A DNA stretch of 64,000 nucleotides from Planctomycetota bacterium (GCA_044222185.1 JBGANV010000003.1:640001-704000); one strand, 5' to 3'. Counted from the stretch's first letter, positions 8,804 to 18,828 are shown. Numbers and translations are program-made. The notes: generated from the sequence alone by a model not told the origin.

Positions 8804-9276
8804 GATCCACCTTCCTCGACTCCACGCCTCCCTGCCCGGTTCAGTGTGACCCATCGGACCAACGCACCACCGTCAGCCGGATGAACCCGGACGGTCAACG
8901 TGGCCGCGCCCTCGCAACCAGCGCGTTTCGTCGCCCACTCCTTTGCGATCGAGATGTGCTGCACTTCGCCATCGCTCAGGCTGATTGCCGGGACGGAGGA
9001 TTGCGACCCGTCAACGCCGATGACCCGCACGAGCCAGGCGTCTGACGTGTCCTCAAACGATCGGCGACGGGCGAAGACCTCGACATCCGGCCCGAAGGCG
9101 CGAACCAACCAGAGACTCTCCAATGACGCGAGACCTGGGTCGGCCAAGGCGAGGAACCCGGACGACAGCGGGCCTTCGATAAAGGCATCCGTGCACGCCG
9201 TTCTCACGGACGTCAGCACCGCAACAAGGGCGGTATCGTGCATGCGTGCGGCCCAACATGATCTCGTGGCGCTCAT
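8800..9276 (-). CDS. csx19: Csx19-like small subunit (type III-D)
   Basis: 158 aa, translationally coupled between cas7-cas7 and cas7-insertion; VRAFGPDVEVFARR motif and C-terminal VRW. Mainly a synteny call. Confidence 0.72.
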   Translation of the reverse strand: MSATRSCWAARMHDTALVAVLTSVRTACTDAFIEGPLSSGFLALADPGLASLESLWLVRAFGPDVEVFARRRSFEDTSDAWLVRVIGVDGSQSSVPAISLSDGEVQHISIAKEWATKRAGCEGAATLTVRVHPADGGALVRWVTLNRAGRRGVEEGGS

Positions 9277-10793
9277 CGGCGTTCTCCACTGTTCGTTGAA
9301 CCCGCAACGCTCGGACTGGTTGGGCGTTGAATCAACTGCCACAACGCGTCGACGAAAGGTTGGCACTGATTCAAGGATCGAGCGGGTGGCTCCGCATCAG
9401 TCCGTGATCCATCCGGCACGCCGCGCACCACACAAGGCGTCACGTCGAACACCCCGTTCCCACGCGATGATGCGGCGCCAAACGCAACGCGCTTGTCCAT
9501 GAGATCCCGGGCGAAGAGCGCGAGCAACCCGAACGCAGGCTCGGTGACGTCGTTGTCGCTACCGCGCGACGCAGCGACCTCGATGCGCACCTTGAAGTGC
9601 TGCCCCATCGCGAGTCTCGCGTTGAACTTCTTGCCGTCGGCAGCGCCGCCAGTGAAACGATCGATGGCAACGTAATCGATCGGGATTGCCCTCGAACGAG
9701 GCCCATCCAGCCGCGTCACGCATACCCGCACGCACGACGCGTAGTTCTCGTTCCCGAATACCCGGCAAGCGAAACACAGTTCCGCAGGCTGGGCATCTGG
9801 CAGCGTACGGCTGCACGCTCCGGCGCCCGTCGGGTCGCATGCCGCACTCTCGTTCAGCGTGCGTAGGATTCGTTCACAGTGAGATCGCAGCACGCCGCGG
9901 AAGCTGGTACCGGGCAGCTCTGGCCGATCCCCTCCCCGTGGGGCGGAGTCGTATCCGGTGCGCACCGATTCGGTCGGATCGTTGACAAGCAACGTCGTCT
10001 GATCGGTCGACTTGAGGGCGAACTCAATCGACGGCCACCGCGACGGTTGTTGCTCGTGGAACTCAACAGCTTGCGTCTCGGTCCACGCCGTGTCGGAGTC
10101 ATCTCCATGCAGGCACGCGGCGATCAGTGCATTTGCGTTGCGCGAGTTCCTCGCGCGCACGGTAATCAGCGTGGCTTCCACTCGCCCAAGCCCCTGCGCT
10201 GTTCGCGCGCCGATTCCGACTCCTCCTCTACCGATCTCGGCAAGCGCCTTCTTCAGCGTGTCTATTTCTTCAGCCGTCAGGTCTCTTCCTTCGACCACGA
10301 TCAGGAAACGGGCACCGGGAGCGACCTCCTCGTGACTGAACAAGCGATGGTCGGCGGCACTCCGTCGAGTCCGGTCGATCGACACGTTGTCGACCACACG
10401 AACCGACGGTTGTTCGATCTGGGCGTCGTGGAACGTGAGCTTCGAGCAGCGTGCTACGGCACGATTCGTGGCCGCGTTCGCGTCCCGCGTCACGGGACGC
10501 ACGTTCCCGAAGAGCTCGCAGCACTTGCACTGACAAGGCTCGGCGCTGCCTGGCGATGCACTACCGCCCGTTGCCAATACACACTTCGCCGTCGTGCCCG
10601 TCATGCTCTCCACCACGCCACGGAGAACGCCCGCCAAAGAACTCCCAGGAATCACGCACGTCCCGTCCAGTCGACGTCGAAACGCAATGTCGGAGGACTG
10701 CGATCCGCGCCCGTTGCTCGTGAGCAACGGCGTCGTCGTCGTGCACTCCATCTTGAAGCGGTGTTCGGTGATTCCGGTCGCCGACTCGGTCAT
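9273..10793 (-). CDS. cas7: Cas7-Cas7 (tandem Csm3-like RAMP) fusion
   Basis: Two RAMP units: IPGSSLAGVLR...CELFG...IDR...GIGARTAQGLG and LPGTSFRGVLR...CFACRVFG...AIDRFTGG...FGAASSRGNG. Confidence 0.92.
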   Translation of the reverse strand: MTESATGITEHRFKMECTTTTPLLTSNGRGSQSSDIAFRRRLDGTCVIPGSSLAGVLRGVVESMTGTTAKCVLATGGSASPGSAEPCQCKCCELFGNVRPVTRDANAATNRAVARCSKLTFHDAQIEQPSVRVVDNVSIDRTRRSAADHRLFSHEEVAPGARFLIVVEGRDLTAEEIDTLKKALAEIGRGGVGIGARTAQGLGRVEATLITVRARNSRNANALIAACLHGDDSDTAWTETQAVEFHEQQPSRWPSIEFALKSTDQTTLLVNDPTESVRTGYDSAPRGGDRPELPGTSFRGVLRSHCERILRTLNESAACDPTGAGACSRTLPDAQPAELCFACRVFGNENYASCVRVCVTRLDGPRSRAIPIDYVAIDRFTGGAADGKKFNARLAMGQHFKVRIEVAASRGSDNDVTEPAFGLLALFARDLMDKRVAFGAASSRGNGVFDVTPCVVRGVPDGSRTDAEPPARSLNQCQPFVDALWQLIQRPTSPSVAGSTNSGERR

Positions 10794-13120
10794 GACTTGT
10801 CTCCTCGAGCGAGATCAGATGCGGTCGCACGGAGACGTTCAGCGGCTTCCGCGTCCCCGCAGTTCCACCCTGAAATGGAGGCGAGCAGTTTGTCCAGCGG
10901 CCGTTGACGGTCCGCGCGTGGTTCTTTTCGGCCTTCGAGTGCCTCCGTGACGGTTTTGCGCCACGTCGCTCCCCGTTGCGCCGCCAGCAACAGAAGCCGC
11001 GCGAGTCCGCTCCGCTCCGAGGCAGTCATCTCATCAGTGAATGACTCGCCATCAGCCGTGGGATCACAACTCGCGCTGCGCGACGACACCTCCGCACATG
11101 CGGTGAACGCAGCACCCGGGATGAGCGTCGCAAAGCGAGGAGACGCTAACTGGCCATGACTGACGGCCTCCTGGCCGAGCAGATTCACGACGATGCGTCC
11201 GAAACCTTCGCCGCGACGGAATCCGATGCCGCGCTCTTCGGCTGTGACGAGTAACTTCGCAACGGCAGCCCTATCGGCATCCGGACTCAAGCGGAACTCG
11301 AACATTGAACCTGCAACAATCGCCACGTCGTCGGTGCGTGGAACGCGCGGGACGCCATTGAAGCCACTGATGGTGCGCGGCGAGCTGAAAGCTGAGTTAA
11401 TTGAGAACTGCGCGGGGCCCTTGCCGCCGATCAAACTCCAGAACTCGTCGGCGCTCAGTGTGGTGAGCGGTCGCAGCATGTCGTCGCATGCGATGAGATC
11501 GCTGTAGAGCGTTACGGTGAACGATTCCCCCTTGAGATCATCGGTCGTGATCGCTCGCGAAACGAGGCCCGGGTAGGGTGAGTCCGACGCGCTCGCAGCC
11601 TCGCTCGAAGGAGCAACCGCTGCATGCGACAGGAGCGTCAGTCGAAGCCCGCCGTGACCTCGCGAGATCGCGCGGCCCACGTGCGCCTCGAAGGACGTGC
11701 CTAACTGCATCTCGATGAAATCGACGAGTTGGGCTGGCCCGTGCATATGGCCTGCGAACCACGTCCCACGTTCGATCACCTCTGTTGCATAAAGCTCGCC
11801 GTCCTTGCCGCGTTGGGTATCGGAGTCGATGGCGGTGCGTTGGATGATTCGCATCGACGGAGTGCACGCGCTGATCTCCTGACCTCCGAAGGTCCCGTTG
11901 AGTAGAGACGCAAATCCTGAAAGCGGTTGGAGCGTCTCGCCACAAAGACACGGTACCTGTGTCTCGCGCTCGCCTGGCGCGTCCGAGACGTCAGGCGCCC
12001 ACCCGCACGTGTCGTGGCCGGTCCGGAGATCTGTCACGCCGTGAGGCACATTGACCGCCCCGGGGTTCCGCCCGACACCGGGGTACAGCTTGCATGTGTG
12101 AAGATGCTGCGGCATCGGGAACGGCGCGGACTGCTCGACCTCGGGATGCGAAAGCGGGTAGAGGGGCCCAAACACGACGGCTTCGCGTGCGAAGACGGAC
12201 TCGAACTCAGATCCTGCGTCCGTGCCAACTCCCTTCGCGAGGAGTCGGGCGGCGATCGCGCCGCGCACGGATGTTCCCGGCACGTACGCAAGGCTATGAA
12301 CAACGTGTCCGGCCTCGGGTGAGCCGGCGACGGCGAGATTGGACACTGCGAACGCGACAACCACGCGGGACGTCCAGGCTGCGGGCGTCGCTGCCGCTGT
12401 ACCCGCCTGGGACGCCGCCTCGGGTACGGTTCGGCTGCGCGCGTCGTTGGCATCGCTGGTCGTTTCCGGTACGTCTCCCGGCTGCTGCAGCACCGCGCTC
12501 AGTGCACGCTCGAACTCGCCGTGGCGGACCACTATCGGCGTGCCGTTGGGTGCAGGCACCTGAAGGCCCTTGAATGGGCCCTCCACAACCCTGACGGTCA
12601 CCTTTGCCTGTCCCTTGCCGCGGCGGCGTTGCCCTCCGATCGCGCGGATGCGCCGCAGCGCAAGGATCAGCAGCGCGACCGCAACGTCCGAAAGAGGCTG
12701 ACGCGAGGTAAGCCGACATCGGAATTGTCCGGTCTCCGCGTCCTCGAAATGGAACAGGTGCCCCTTGAGCGCCCGGCCGGTGATCCGGTCGCGGCTGCTC
12801 CGCCCGGTGATCTGCGTGGTCCGCTTCGCCGGGACGCTTGCACGGATTGAACGAGCGTCGCGGAAGATGACGGCGCCGCTGCGGTCTCCGTTTCGCCCGC
12901 GGCTTCCGAAGATCTGCGTCACACGCGGATCAGCGTCGCCCTTCTCTGGGAACAACTCGGCCGCGGCAGCCCGTGCGAGGCCCTTGATCGTACTCGCCGG
13001 GATGACGGCAAGGCCGTCCTCGTCCTTGACGATCCCGGCATCGATTGTTCGGCCGACGCCGAATCCTGATCCGATGTGAAACTCCGCTTCCATCGTGATC
13101 GTCACTTCGAGATCGAGCAT
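10790..13120 (-). CDS. Cas7-Cas5-Cas11 fusion (type III-Dv-like)
   Basis: N-terminal Cas7 (FHIGSG, IDAGIVKD, IPASTIKG, IGGQRRRGKG). Central Cas5/Csx10 (YVPGTSVRGA, TAID, VGRAISRGHG, GIGFRRGEGFG). Short helical C-terminal tail assigned to Cas11 by analogy only. Confidence 0.85.
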   Translation of the reverse strand: MLDLEVTITMEAEFHIGSGFGVGRTIDAGIVKDEDGLAVIPASTIKGLARAAAAELFPEKGDADPRVTQIFGSRGRNGDRSGAVIFRDARSIRASVPAKRTTQITGRSSRDRITGRALKGHLFHFEDAETGQFRCRLTSRQPLSDVAVALLILALRRIRAIGGQRRRGKGQAKVTVRVVEGPFKGLQVPAPNGTPIVVRHGEFERALSAVLQQPGDVPETTSDANDARSRTVPEAASQAGTAAATPAAWTSRVVVAFAVSNLAVAGSPEAGHVVHSLAYVPGTSVRGAIAARLLAKGVGTDAGSEFESVFAREAVVFGPLYPLSHPEVEQSAPFPMPQHLHTCKLYPGVGRNPGAVNVPHGVTDLRTGHDTCGWAPDVSDAPGERETQVPCLCGETLQPLSGFASLLNGTFGGQEISACTPSMRIIQRTAIDSDTQRGKDGELYATEVIERGTWFAGHMHGPAQLVDFIEMQLGTSFEAHVGRAISRGHGGLRLTLLSHAAVAPSSEAASASDSPYPGLVSRAITTDDLKGESFTVTLYSDLIACDDMLRPLTTLSADEFWSLIGGKGPAQFSINSAFSSPRTISGFNGVPRVPRTDDVAIVAGSMFEFRLSPDADRAAVAKLLVTAEERGIGFRRGEGFGRIVVNLLGQEAVSHGQLASPRFATLIPGAAFTACAEVSSRSASCDPTADGESFTDEMTASERSGLARLLLLAAQRGATWRKTVTEALEGRKEPRADRQRPLDKLLASISGWNCGDAEAAERLRATASDLARGDKS

Positions 13121-13122
13121 CT

Positions 13123-14727
13123 TCAGACTCCCCAGAGGCGCTGCCCATCGCACAGGTCAGGTATGGCGGTCCACTTGGCCGATGGGACCTCGTCCGTCCA
13201 AGGGACGGCAGACGACGACGGCTCAGTCGGTGCGGACGGATCGCCGAGTGCTTTGAGGGCCGCGACCCACTGCGACTCCGCTGCAGCGAACCGTCTCAGC
13301 CGTGCACGCCACGCGGCATACGTTCTGTCCAATGTCGGCAGCAACGCCGAGAACGGGATCGCTAAGCCGGCTTCCGCTTCGATCCGCGCGACACTTCCCC
13401 ATTCGCGTGTCTCGTGCAACTTGCTCGCCGGAAAAGAGGCACCGAGTTCGCGACACGCGTCTCGGAATGCCCCGAGGCTCCGTGGCCCGGTGCCCTCTGC
13501 CTTGAATGGACGCCCCGTCAGGCGAATGGCATTGCGACCGTGCACCTTCTGCCGATCGCCAAGTACGACGCTCGCTTCAACGCCCGATTCGCTCACGATC
13601 GCGTAGTCGGCGGCACCGACGTTCCATTCGAGCCGCTTTCGCGTTGCCTTGGCCTCGCGGAGCAGGCGCGTCGCGAAGTCATACGCGATCCGGAACGGGA
13701 AATGGGGCCCGACGATCGCGATCCCGGAGGAGATCGTGAGTCCTTCGAGCGGGCTGCCGGGCTTGGAGTGCTTCGCCACGAACTCCTTTGTGAGTTCATG
13801 CACGAACGGGAGGCCGATCGAGCCTCGCGTCACGATGACGAGGTCGTCACCGGCGCAATAGATCGTTTCGGCTGGGAATTTCGCGAGATGCTTCGGCGGG
13901 TCCTCGCTGGAGAGTTTGTCGATGAGTTGTTTGACGACAGTTTCGACCGCGGACACGGCGCTGGCCTGAATTGCCGCCTGTAGGAGCTTCGAGAATTCCG
14001 ACACCTTGTCGAGGGGGGTGGCCGCGAGTTTCCTTCCTGCCCCGTCGACATCGGCGACGACGACTGCAAGCCCGAGCGGGTCATCGCCGGCGATCTCATC
14101 GAAGTCCTTGGCGCGGCGGACGTCCTCGTTCCAATCGATGGTGGCCGAGTTTCCCGCGGAAGCTTCTGGCGGCGCGAACACAACGCGCGTCCGACCGCTT
14201 CCCTTTTTCTCGCACAACGGTCCAAGCACCCGTTCAGCCGTCACTATTCCAGTCGGCGTCTTCACTGTCACGACTTCAAGGCCACAGCCGTCGCATCGCA
14301 TGGCCGTCGGGAAGTGCTGGCTGCCGACGTCGACCTGCCGTGCGCGGCGGAAGCGTTGCAATTCCTCGACCGCGGCCTCGCGGGCGCGCTCCGCACCGTT
14401 TGGGTCGGCAGCGACGATGCCGCTCACGACCAGCTTGTCCTCTCCGAGGTGCTTGGTTGCCTCGTGCCGAACGGTCGACACGAACTTCGCCGCGGTCGCC
14501 TCCAACTGGAACCCAAACAGTCCGGCGCCACCGGCGGCAAACACGACAAGGGCGTCTGTTCCAGCGTCGGCTGCGCATTTGCGCAGGATTCCGTCCGGAT
14601 CCTTGTCGAGCCCTTCGAGAAGCTGACTCGCTCCCGCAACCTCGCGCAGCTTGGTCGAACCAAGCAGGTACGCCTTGATGTGGTCGACATCAGTCGCGAC
14701 GAAGAACTTGGAGTTCGCCGGATTCAT
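13123..14727 (-). CDS. cas10: Cas10, compact, no HD domain, Palm2 motif AGDD
   Basis: TDVDHIKAYL...KLREVAGASQLL (Palm1), CDGC, VADVDGAG, IYCAGDDLVIV and LTISSGIAI...FPF. The protein starts directly at Palm1. Confidence 0.93.
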   Translation of the reverse strand: MNPANSKFFVATDVDHIKAYLLGSTKLREVAGASQLLEGLDKDPDGILRKCAADAGTDALVVFAAGGAGLFGFQLEATAAKFVSTVRHEATKHLGEDKLVVSGIVAADPNGAERAREAAVEELQRFRRARQVDVGSQHFPTAMRCDGCGLEVVTVKTPTGIVTAERVLGPLCEKKGSGRTRVVFAPPEASAGNSATIDWNEDVRRAKDFDEIAGDDPLGLAVVVADVDGAGRKLAATPLDKVSEFSKLLQAAIQASAVSAVETVVKQLIDKLSSEDPPKHLAKFPAETIYCAGDDLVIVTRGSIGLPFVHELTKEFVAKHSKPGSPLEGLTISSGIAIVGPHFPFRIAYDFATRLLREAKATRKRLEWNVGAADYAIVSESGVEASVVLGDRQKVHGRNAIRLTGRPFKAEGTGPRSLGAFRDACRELGASFPASKLHETREWGSVARIEAEAGLAIPFSALLPTLDRTYAAWRARLRRFAAAESQWVAALKALGDPSAPTEPSSSAVPWTDEVPSAKWTAIPDLCDGQRLWGV

Positions 14728-16493
14728 GAGTGTCCACTCGCATCGAGGGTCAGGCGGAGTTGGTCCGGGAGACTGTCCATCGTCTTGAAATAGGGGTCAC
14801 GCTCTTTCCGTGAGAATCCGTTCGTCGTTTCCCACGCAAGGCCATCATCCGGCCACGGCGCCGGGGTCGCGACGCGGCGAGTGGCGACGAGGAGCGCATC
14901 GAGTGCGATTTTTGTCGCGGTTCGCGCGTCCGGAAGCGAGTCTCGATCGTCCGCCGACAACGACCCGCGCATGTGCACGATCTGATGACGAAACTGAACC
15001 CAGTCAGCCCTCGCGTTGATTTTCTTGAGTGGATTACAGTAGGCAACGAGCCCAGGCTTCAGCACGACCTTCAGGCTGATTGAACGGCGCCCGCTCCCAT
15101 GATCAAAGGTAAGGACCTGGTTAGGCTCGATAATCAGCGCCGACGGCTCCGTTGTCACATCGAAGCTCACGCGGCGTGGCGCTCCGTAAATGAGCTTGAT
15201 ACGCTCCGGAGTGTTCGCACCCAGACCGACCGCGAGCGCGGCGTCCAGTGTCTTACTGACAAGGCTTTGCTCGCCTTGCGTGTAAGGTGCCGATCCTTGC
15301 TCTTTCGGGGTAAGGCTTTGGACCTCGATTCCATCCTTGGCTGCGACCACCAAAAGCGCGCTGACCGCGAGTTCGAGAAACGCGGACCGACCAACGATCT
15401 CTTCATCGAAGCGATCGGTATCCTCGAGGCTCTTGAGGCGCCACCAGTCGTCGACCAGGAACTCCGTGACCGCTTCCGTATTCTTCACGAGGCTGTTCAT
15501 CCTCTCGCTTAGTTGGAGCGTCTTTGAATTCTGCGCCCAGTTCTTCAGTGAGGTATGACAGTCCGGCAGGTCGGAATAACGCTGCTCGGCGAACGCGCGA
15601 CAGTGGCCAATACTGGCCTGGGCGAGAGCGATTGCCGTCTTGTCGGCTTTCTCGAAGTAGTCGGCCAGTTTGCCATTCGATTGATCCACGAGCTCAGTGA
15701 CGAGCACCTCAGCCGCCGCGAAGTCGCGGCGCTCTACTGCGTTGCAGATGCGCTGCCGAGACTGCAACGACAGCGCCGCCTCCGGCATCACCTGCTCCCG
15801 GTAGCTGCACGTCCACGGCTTTGGGCGACGAAGCTTGGAATCGTACTCGCCGAAATCCAGGTAGTAGGACGGTATCCCGTAGTACATCGCGAACATCGAC
15901 GCGGCGCCGTGCATGGGCTTCTGGCCCCCTGTCACATCGATGGCGAGCGAACGAACGTCCGTCAGCTCGCGGGCCCACTTGAGTAGCCGGAGGAAGATCA
16001 ACGCCTGATCCGCGCCGTCTTTCACTTCAACTTGGTCGACGATGTTCGGCATTTTGAACACAGTCGAAAGCGCCGTCTCAACCGCCCGAAGCATCGTTCT
16101 CACACGTGAACATGCATCAGTCCACGACGGCCGTGTCCCGAACGGCACGACCTCAAGCGTCCCGCCGCTCTGCATGGCATGGACGGCGATCGAGAGCGCG
16201 AGCTGTTCTTCGCTGAAGCCGGTGCAGAGCACGAGTCGCCGCGGGACCGTGTGCTCCACCGTGCTCCGCCTGGAGTCCGTCCCGGCCGTCGTCGCGTATT
16301 CGATCGGCTTGCCCTGTTTCAGTCGGTCAGCGAGGACTGCTGCGGTGGCCGGAATGTGCTTCCCGCGTAGACCCTCCCACCGCTTTTGCGCCTCGTCAGG
16401 TAACAGCGAATTGCAGAATGCGTCCTTCCAGCACTTCTGAATCGCCTTCGCATCCTCATCGCCCATGCTCGCTCCACCTGTTTGCGACGCCAT
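14724..16493 (-). CDS. CARF-HEPN ribonuclease (Csm6/Csx1/TIGR02710-like effector)
   Basis: CARF motifs LVLCTGFSEEQL and IDVTGGQKPM, then YLDFGEYD..RRPKP; C-terminal HEPN RHQIVH (14973-14990). RBS GGAGGAGG before ATG 16493; coupled to cas10 (ATGA). Confidence 0.85.
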   Translation of the reverse strand: MASQTGGASMGDEDAKAIQKCWKDAFCNSLLPDEAQKRWEGLRGKHIPATAAVLADRLKQGKPIEYATTAGTDSRRSTVEHTVPRRLVLCTGFSEEQLALSIAVHAMQSGGTLEVVPFGTRPSWTDACSRVRTMLRAVETALSTVFKMPNIVDQVEVKDGADQALIFLRLLKWARELTDVRSLAIDVTGGQKPMHGAASMFAMYYGIPSYYLDFGEYDSKLRRPKPWTCSYREQVMPEAALSLQSRQRICNAVERRDFAAAEVLVTELVDQSNGKLADYFEKADKTAIALAQASIGHCRAFAEQRYSDLPDCHTSLKNWAQNSKTLQLSERMNSLVKNTEAVTEFLVDDWWRLKSLEDTDRFDEEIVGRSAFLELAVSALLVVAAKDGIEVQSLTPKEQGSAPYTQGEQSLVSKTLDAALAVGLGANTPERIKLIYGAPRRVSFDVTTEPSALIIEPNQVLTFDHGSGRRSISLKVVLKPGLVAYCNPLKKINARADWVQFRHQIVHMRGSLSADDRDSLPDARTATKIALDALLVATRRVATPAPWPDDGLAWETTNGFSRKERDPYFKTMDSLPDQLRLTLDASGHS

Positions 16494-16637
16494 CTCGACC
16501 TCCTCCGCTGTCCGGCTCCAACCGCCACAGGGTTCGTATCCCCAGCGATAGTTCAGCCATGGATTCACCCGCGCCAACCGACTCCCCCTGCGGGCGACAT
16601 CGCCGCGGAGCTTAGGGTGGCCGGCCCGACCTGTCAA

Positions 16638-17687
16638 TCAGGGCGTCGCTCGGGTCACCTTCGGCACGTTCACCGCCACCTGGCCGATTTGCGTGGCTTG
16701 GATCGGAACGAGGAGGTCGACCACGAGAGGCAACGACTTCTCGACGACGGTCGGTGTGAGAATGAGGTTCACGATTTCGGCAGAGTCCTCGGCGTGAGCG
16801 CGGGCGAGGCCCCGGAGTTCGTTGGCAACGGAGCGAATGACGCGGGCACGGGCCGCGTGTCGATCGAACAACGCTGTGAAGTGCAAGATGCTGCTTTCCA
16901 ACGACTCCAGGCGAGCGCGATAGAGCTGATGGCGCGCCGGACTCTCCTCGCGATGGAGCGCCTTGGCGTCAGCCTCATGACGTTCGCGAAGCTGTGCGAG
17001 AACGACGCGGGCTCCGAGTTCTGCACTGCGATCGAACGCGACCGCGGCCCGCTCGAGACGAGTTGCGATTTCGTCGTGCAGCAGGCGGAGTCGTTGCTGA
17101 ACATCGTTCGCCACGATCCGCCGTTCGCGGAGCGCGCCTCCAAGTTGGGGGCCAAGGACCTTCAACGAACTGATCGAGGTTCCGACGGCTGCGGGCCAGA
17201 GATCCAATCGCTCCGCGCGGTCGACGATCGGTGACGCGCGCGCTTCGGAGGCATCGATAGGAGGGAGATCGAGGGCGAGCCATGAGGCGACCGCCGCTTC
17301 ATCGAGGGCCTTGACGATGTCGTCCTGCGGTGGCGGCGCGAGGACAGGAGCTGCCTTTGGCGCGGTCGGCAGGATGCCGCGCTGGCTGCCGCGTGCTGGA
17401 GGCGCCATACGGACGCCGCCCTGGGACTGCCCTCCGAGGGTGAGAACAACCCCCGACCGACCGTCGCCGCGAAGATTCGTGTCGATCAGGAACCCCTCCG
17501 GCGTCGACCGGAACGCTGGTGGGAGTGATGACGCCTGACGAGCGATGCCACCGCGCGAAACGTGATCCGCGACCGCGATGCAGCAAAGCGAGAAGACCAA
17601 CGGGAGGCATGTCGCAGCCCGAAACGCATTTTGAGTCATCGTAGGGATCTCCGCCTTGTTGAGCCCGTCTCGAGTCCAACCTGACAC
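16638..17687 (-). CDS. Hypothetical exported helical/coiled-coil protein
   Basis: 349-aa ORF with a hydrophobic N-terminal stretch (CLPLVFSLCCIAVA) and a helical C-terminal half. Start uncertain (MTQN likely). Confidence 0.55.
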   Translation of the reverse strand: MSGWTRDGLNKAEIPTMTQNAFRAATCLPLVFSLCCIAVADHVSRGGIARQASSLPPAFRSTPEGFLIDTNLRGDGRSGVVLTLGGQSQGGVRMAPPARGSQRGILPTAPKAAPVLAPPPQDDIVKALDEAAVASWLALDLPPIDASEARASPIVDRAERLDLWPAAVGTSISSLKVLGPQLGGALRERRIVANDVQQRLRLLHDEIATRLERAAVAFDRSAELGARVVLAQLRERHEADAKALHREESPARHQLYRARLESLESSILHFTALFDRHAARARVIRSVANELRGLARAHAEDSAEIVNLILTPTVVEKSLPLVVDLLVPIQATQIGQVAVNVPKVTRATP

Positions 17688-17777
17688 TTCGCTCGATCAG
17701 CCAAGTGTCAGGTTCCCGAATCCCGCCGACTTCTGGTTGCGATGGGCAATTTCACCCCGGACGAACGGAGACCACAC

Positions 17778-18474
17778 ATGCGATCCGGACTCTTCAGCGT
17801 GCTTGTTCCCTTCGGGTTCACAACCATCGCGCTCTTCGCGCCGGCGCCAGCACAAGAGTCACGCCCGGGGCCCGTCCGAATCCAGACGGGCGATCCGCGC
17901 GATGACGAGATGTACGACCGGACAGACCGGTTGATGAAGCAGCTCGAAACGACGCTCACCGACGTGAAGGGTGCGTCGGAAACCGTCGAGCGCAGCAAGC
18001 AGATCCTCGACGCACTCGCCGCGTGGGCGAAGGAGGGAGAAAATCAGAAGGCTGTCATCCACGCTTCGCAGTCGTTGTATGCCGAGCTCTACGGCGTGCT
18101 GTCATCCATGCAAGAGCGATCCGGTCGCGTGCTTGCCAGTCGCGCAGTCCTCATCGCGGACCTCCACGCCATGAAGGAGCGGACGGATCAAGGCTGCACG
18201 CGAGGCACTTCCAGCGAACGACGAGGATCGTCTCGAATACGAGCAACTGGAGTCGCGCGCCGCGGCCAACCTCGCGCGGGCCGAGACCTTGTTCGACGCA
18301 CTGAATGCCAAGCAGCATCGGATCAACGACGCGAAGTCGAAGGTGCTGCGACAAATCTCGAAACTGAACCTGATGATCGGCGTCCAGCTCAAATTCGAGG
18401 AGCTCCTGAAGAAGCTCGAGGATCTCAACCAGAAGATGGATGAAATCCTGCGGGCACTTCTGCCGGAAGCGTGA
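17778..18474 (+). pseudogene. Exported coiled-coil protein, frameshifted by a 4-bp duplication
   Basis: GGAG RBS and signal peptide MRSGLFSVLVPFGFTTIALFAPAPA. CGGACGGA at 18180-18187; removing one CGGA joins the frame to ...KERIKAAREALPANDEDRLEYEQ...LLPEA*. Confidence 0.7.
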
Positions 18475-18707
18475 GCCTCGTGACCCACCCGCTGAAACTC
18501 GGAATCGTGCTCCTCGCATTGGCCGGGGCCTGCAGTCCGCGGGCTTCGGAGCGGGAGCCCACGGTCGAGGAGGCGACCGCCGCCTTGCTCCGCAGGGCCC
18601 GCGGCGACCAATCGCCGGATCCGCTGCGCACGGTCCGGAGATTCCTGCGGACCGAAGGCCGCGACCTTCCGCCCTGCGAGGAGGCCAAGCCAGAGGGCGG
18701 GCGCTGA
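18471..18707 (+). CDS. Small putative lipoprotein
   Basis: KLGIVLLALAGAC lipobox-like signal; GTGA overlap with the upstream stop. Confidence 0.55.
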   Translation: MSLVTHPLKLGIVLLALAGACSPRASEREPTVEEATAALLRRARGDQSPDPLRTVRRFLRTEGRDLPPCEEAKPEGGR

Positions 18708-18828
18708 CCAGGCCCACTGGGGCCCCGGCCGAACGGGACCCCATTCGGCGTCGTGCGCGGCTCCCTTGACGCCCGTCGTTCGAAGGGCTTAGGCTCTCGT
18801 TCTGCGACCAGGGACGAATCCGAAGGCG

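Noticed and set aside
6170-14727. Type III-E (Cas7-11/Craspase) assignment
   Set aside because: Cas10 and Cas5 are present, the Cas7 domains are on separate genes, and no CHAT protease was recognised.
16520-16545. GGGTTCGTATCCCC, resembling a tRNA T-arm
   Set aside because: No cloverleaf or acceptor stem around it.
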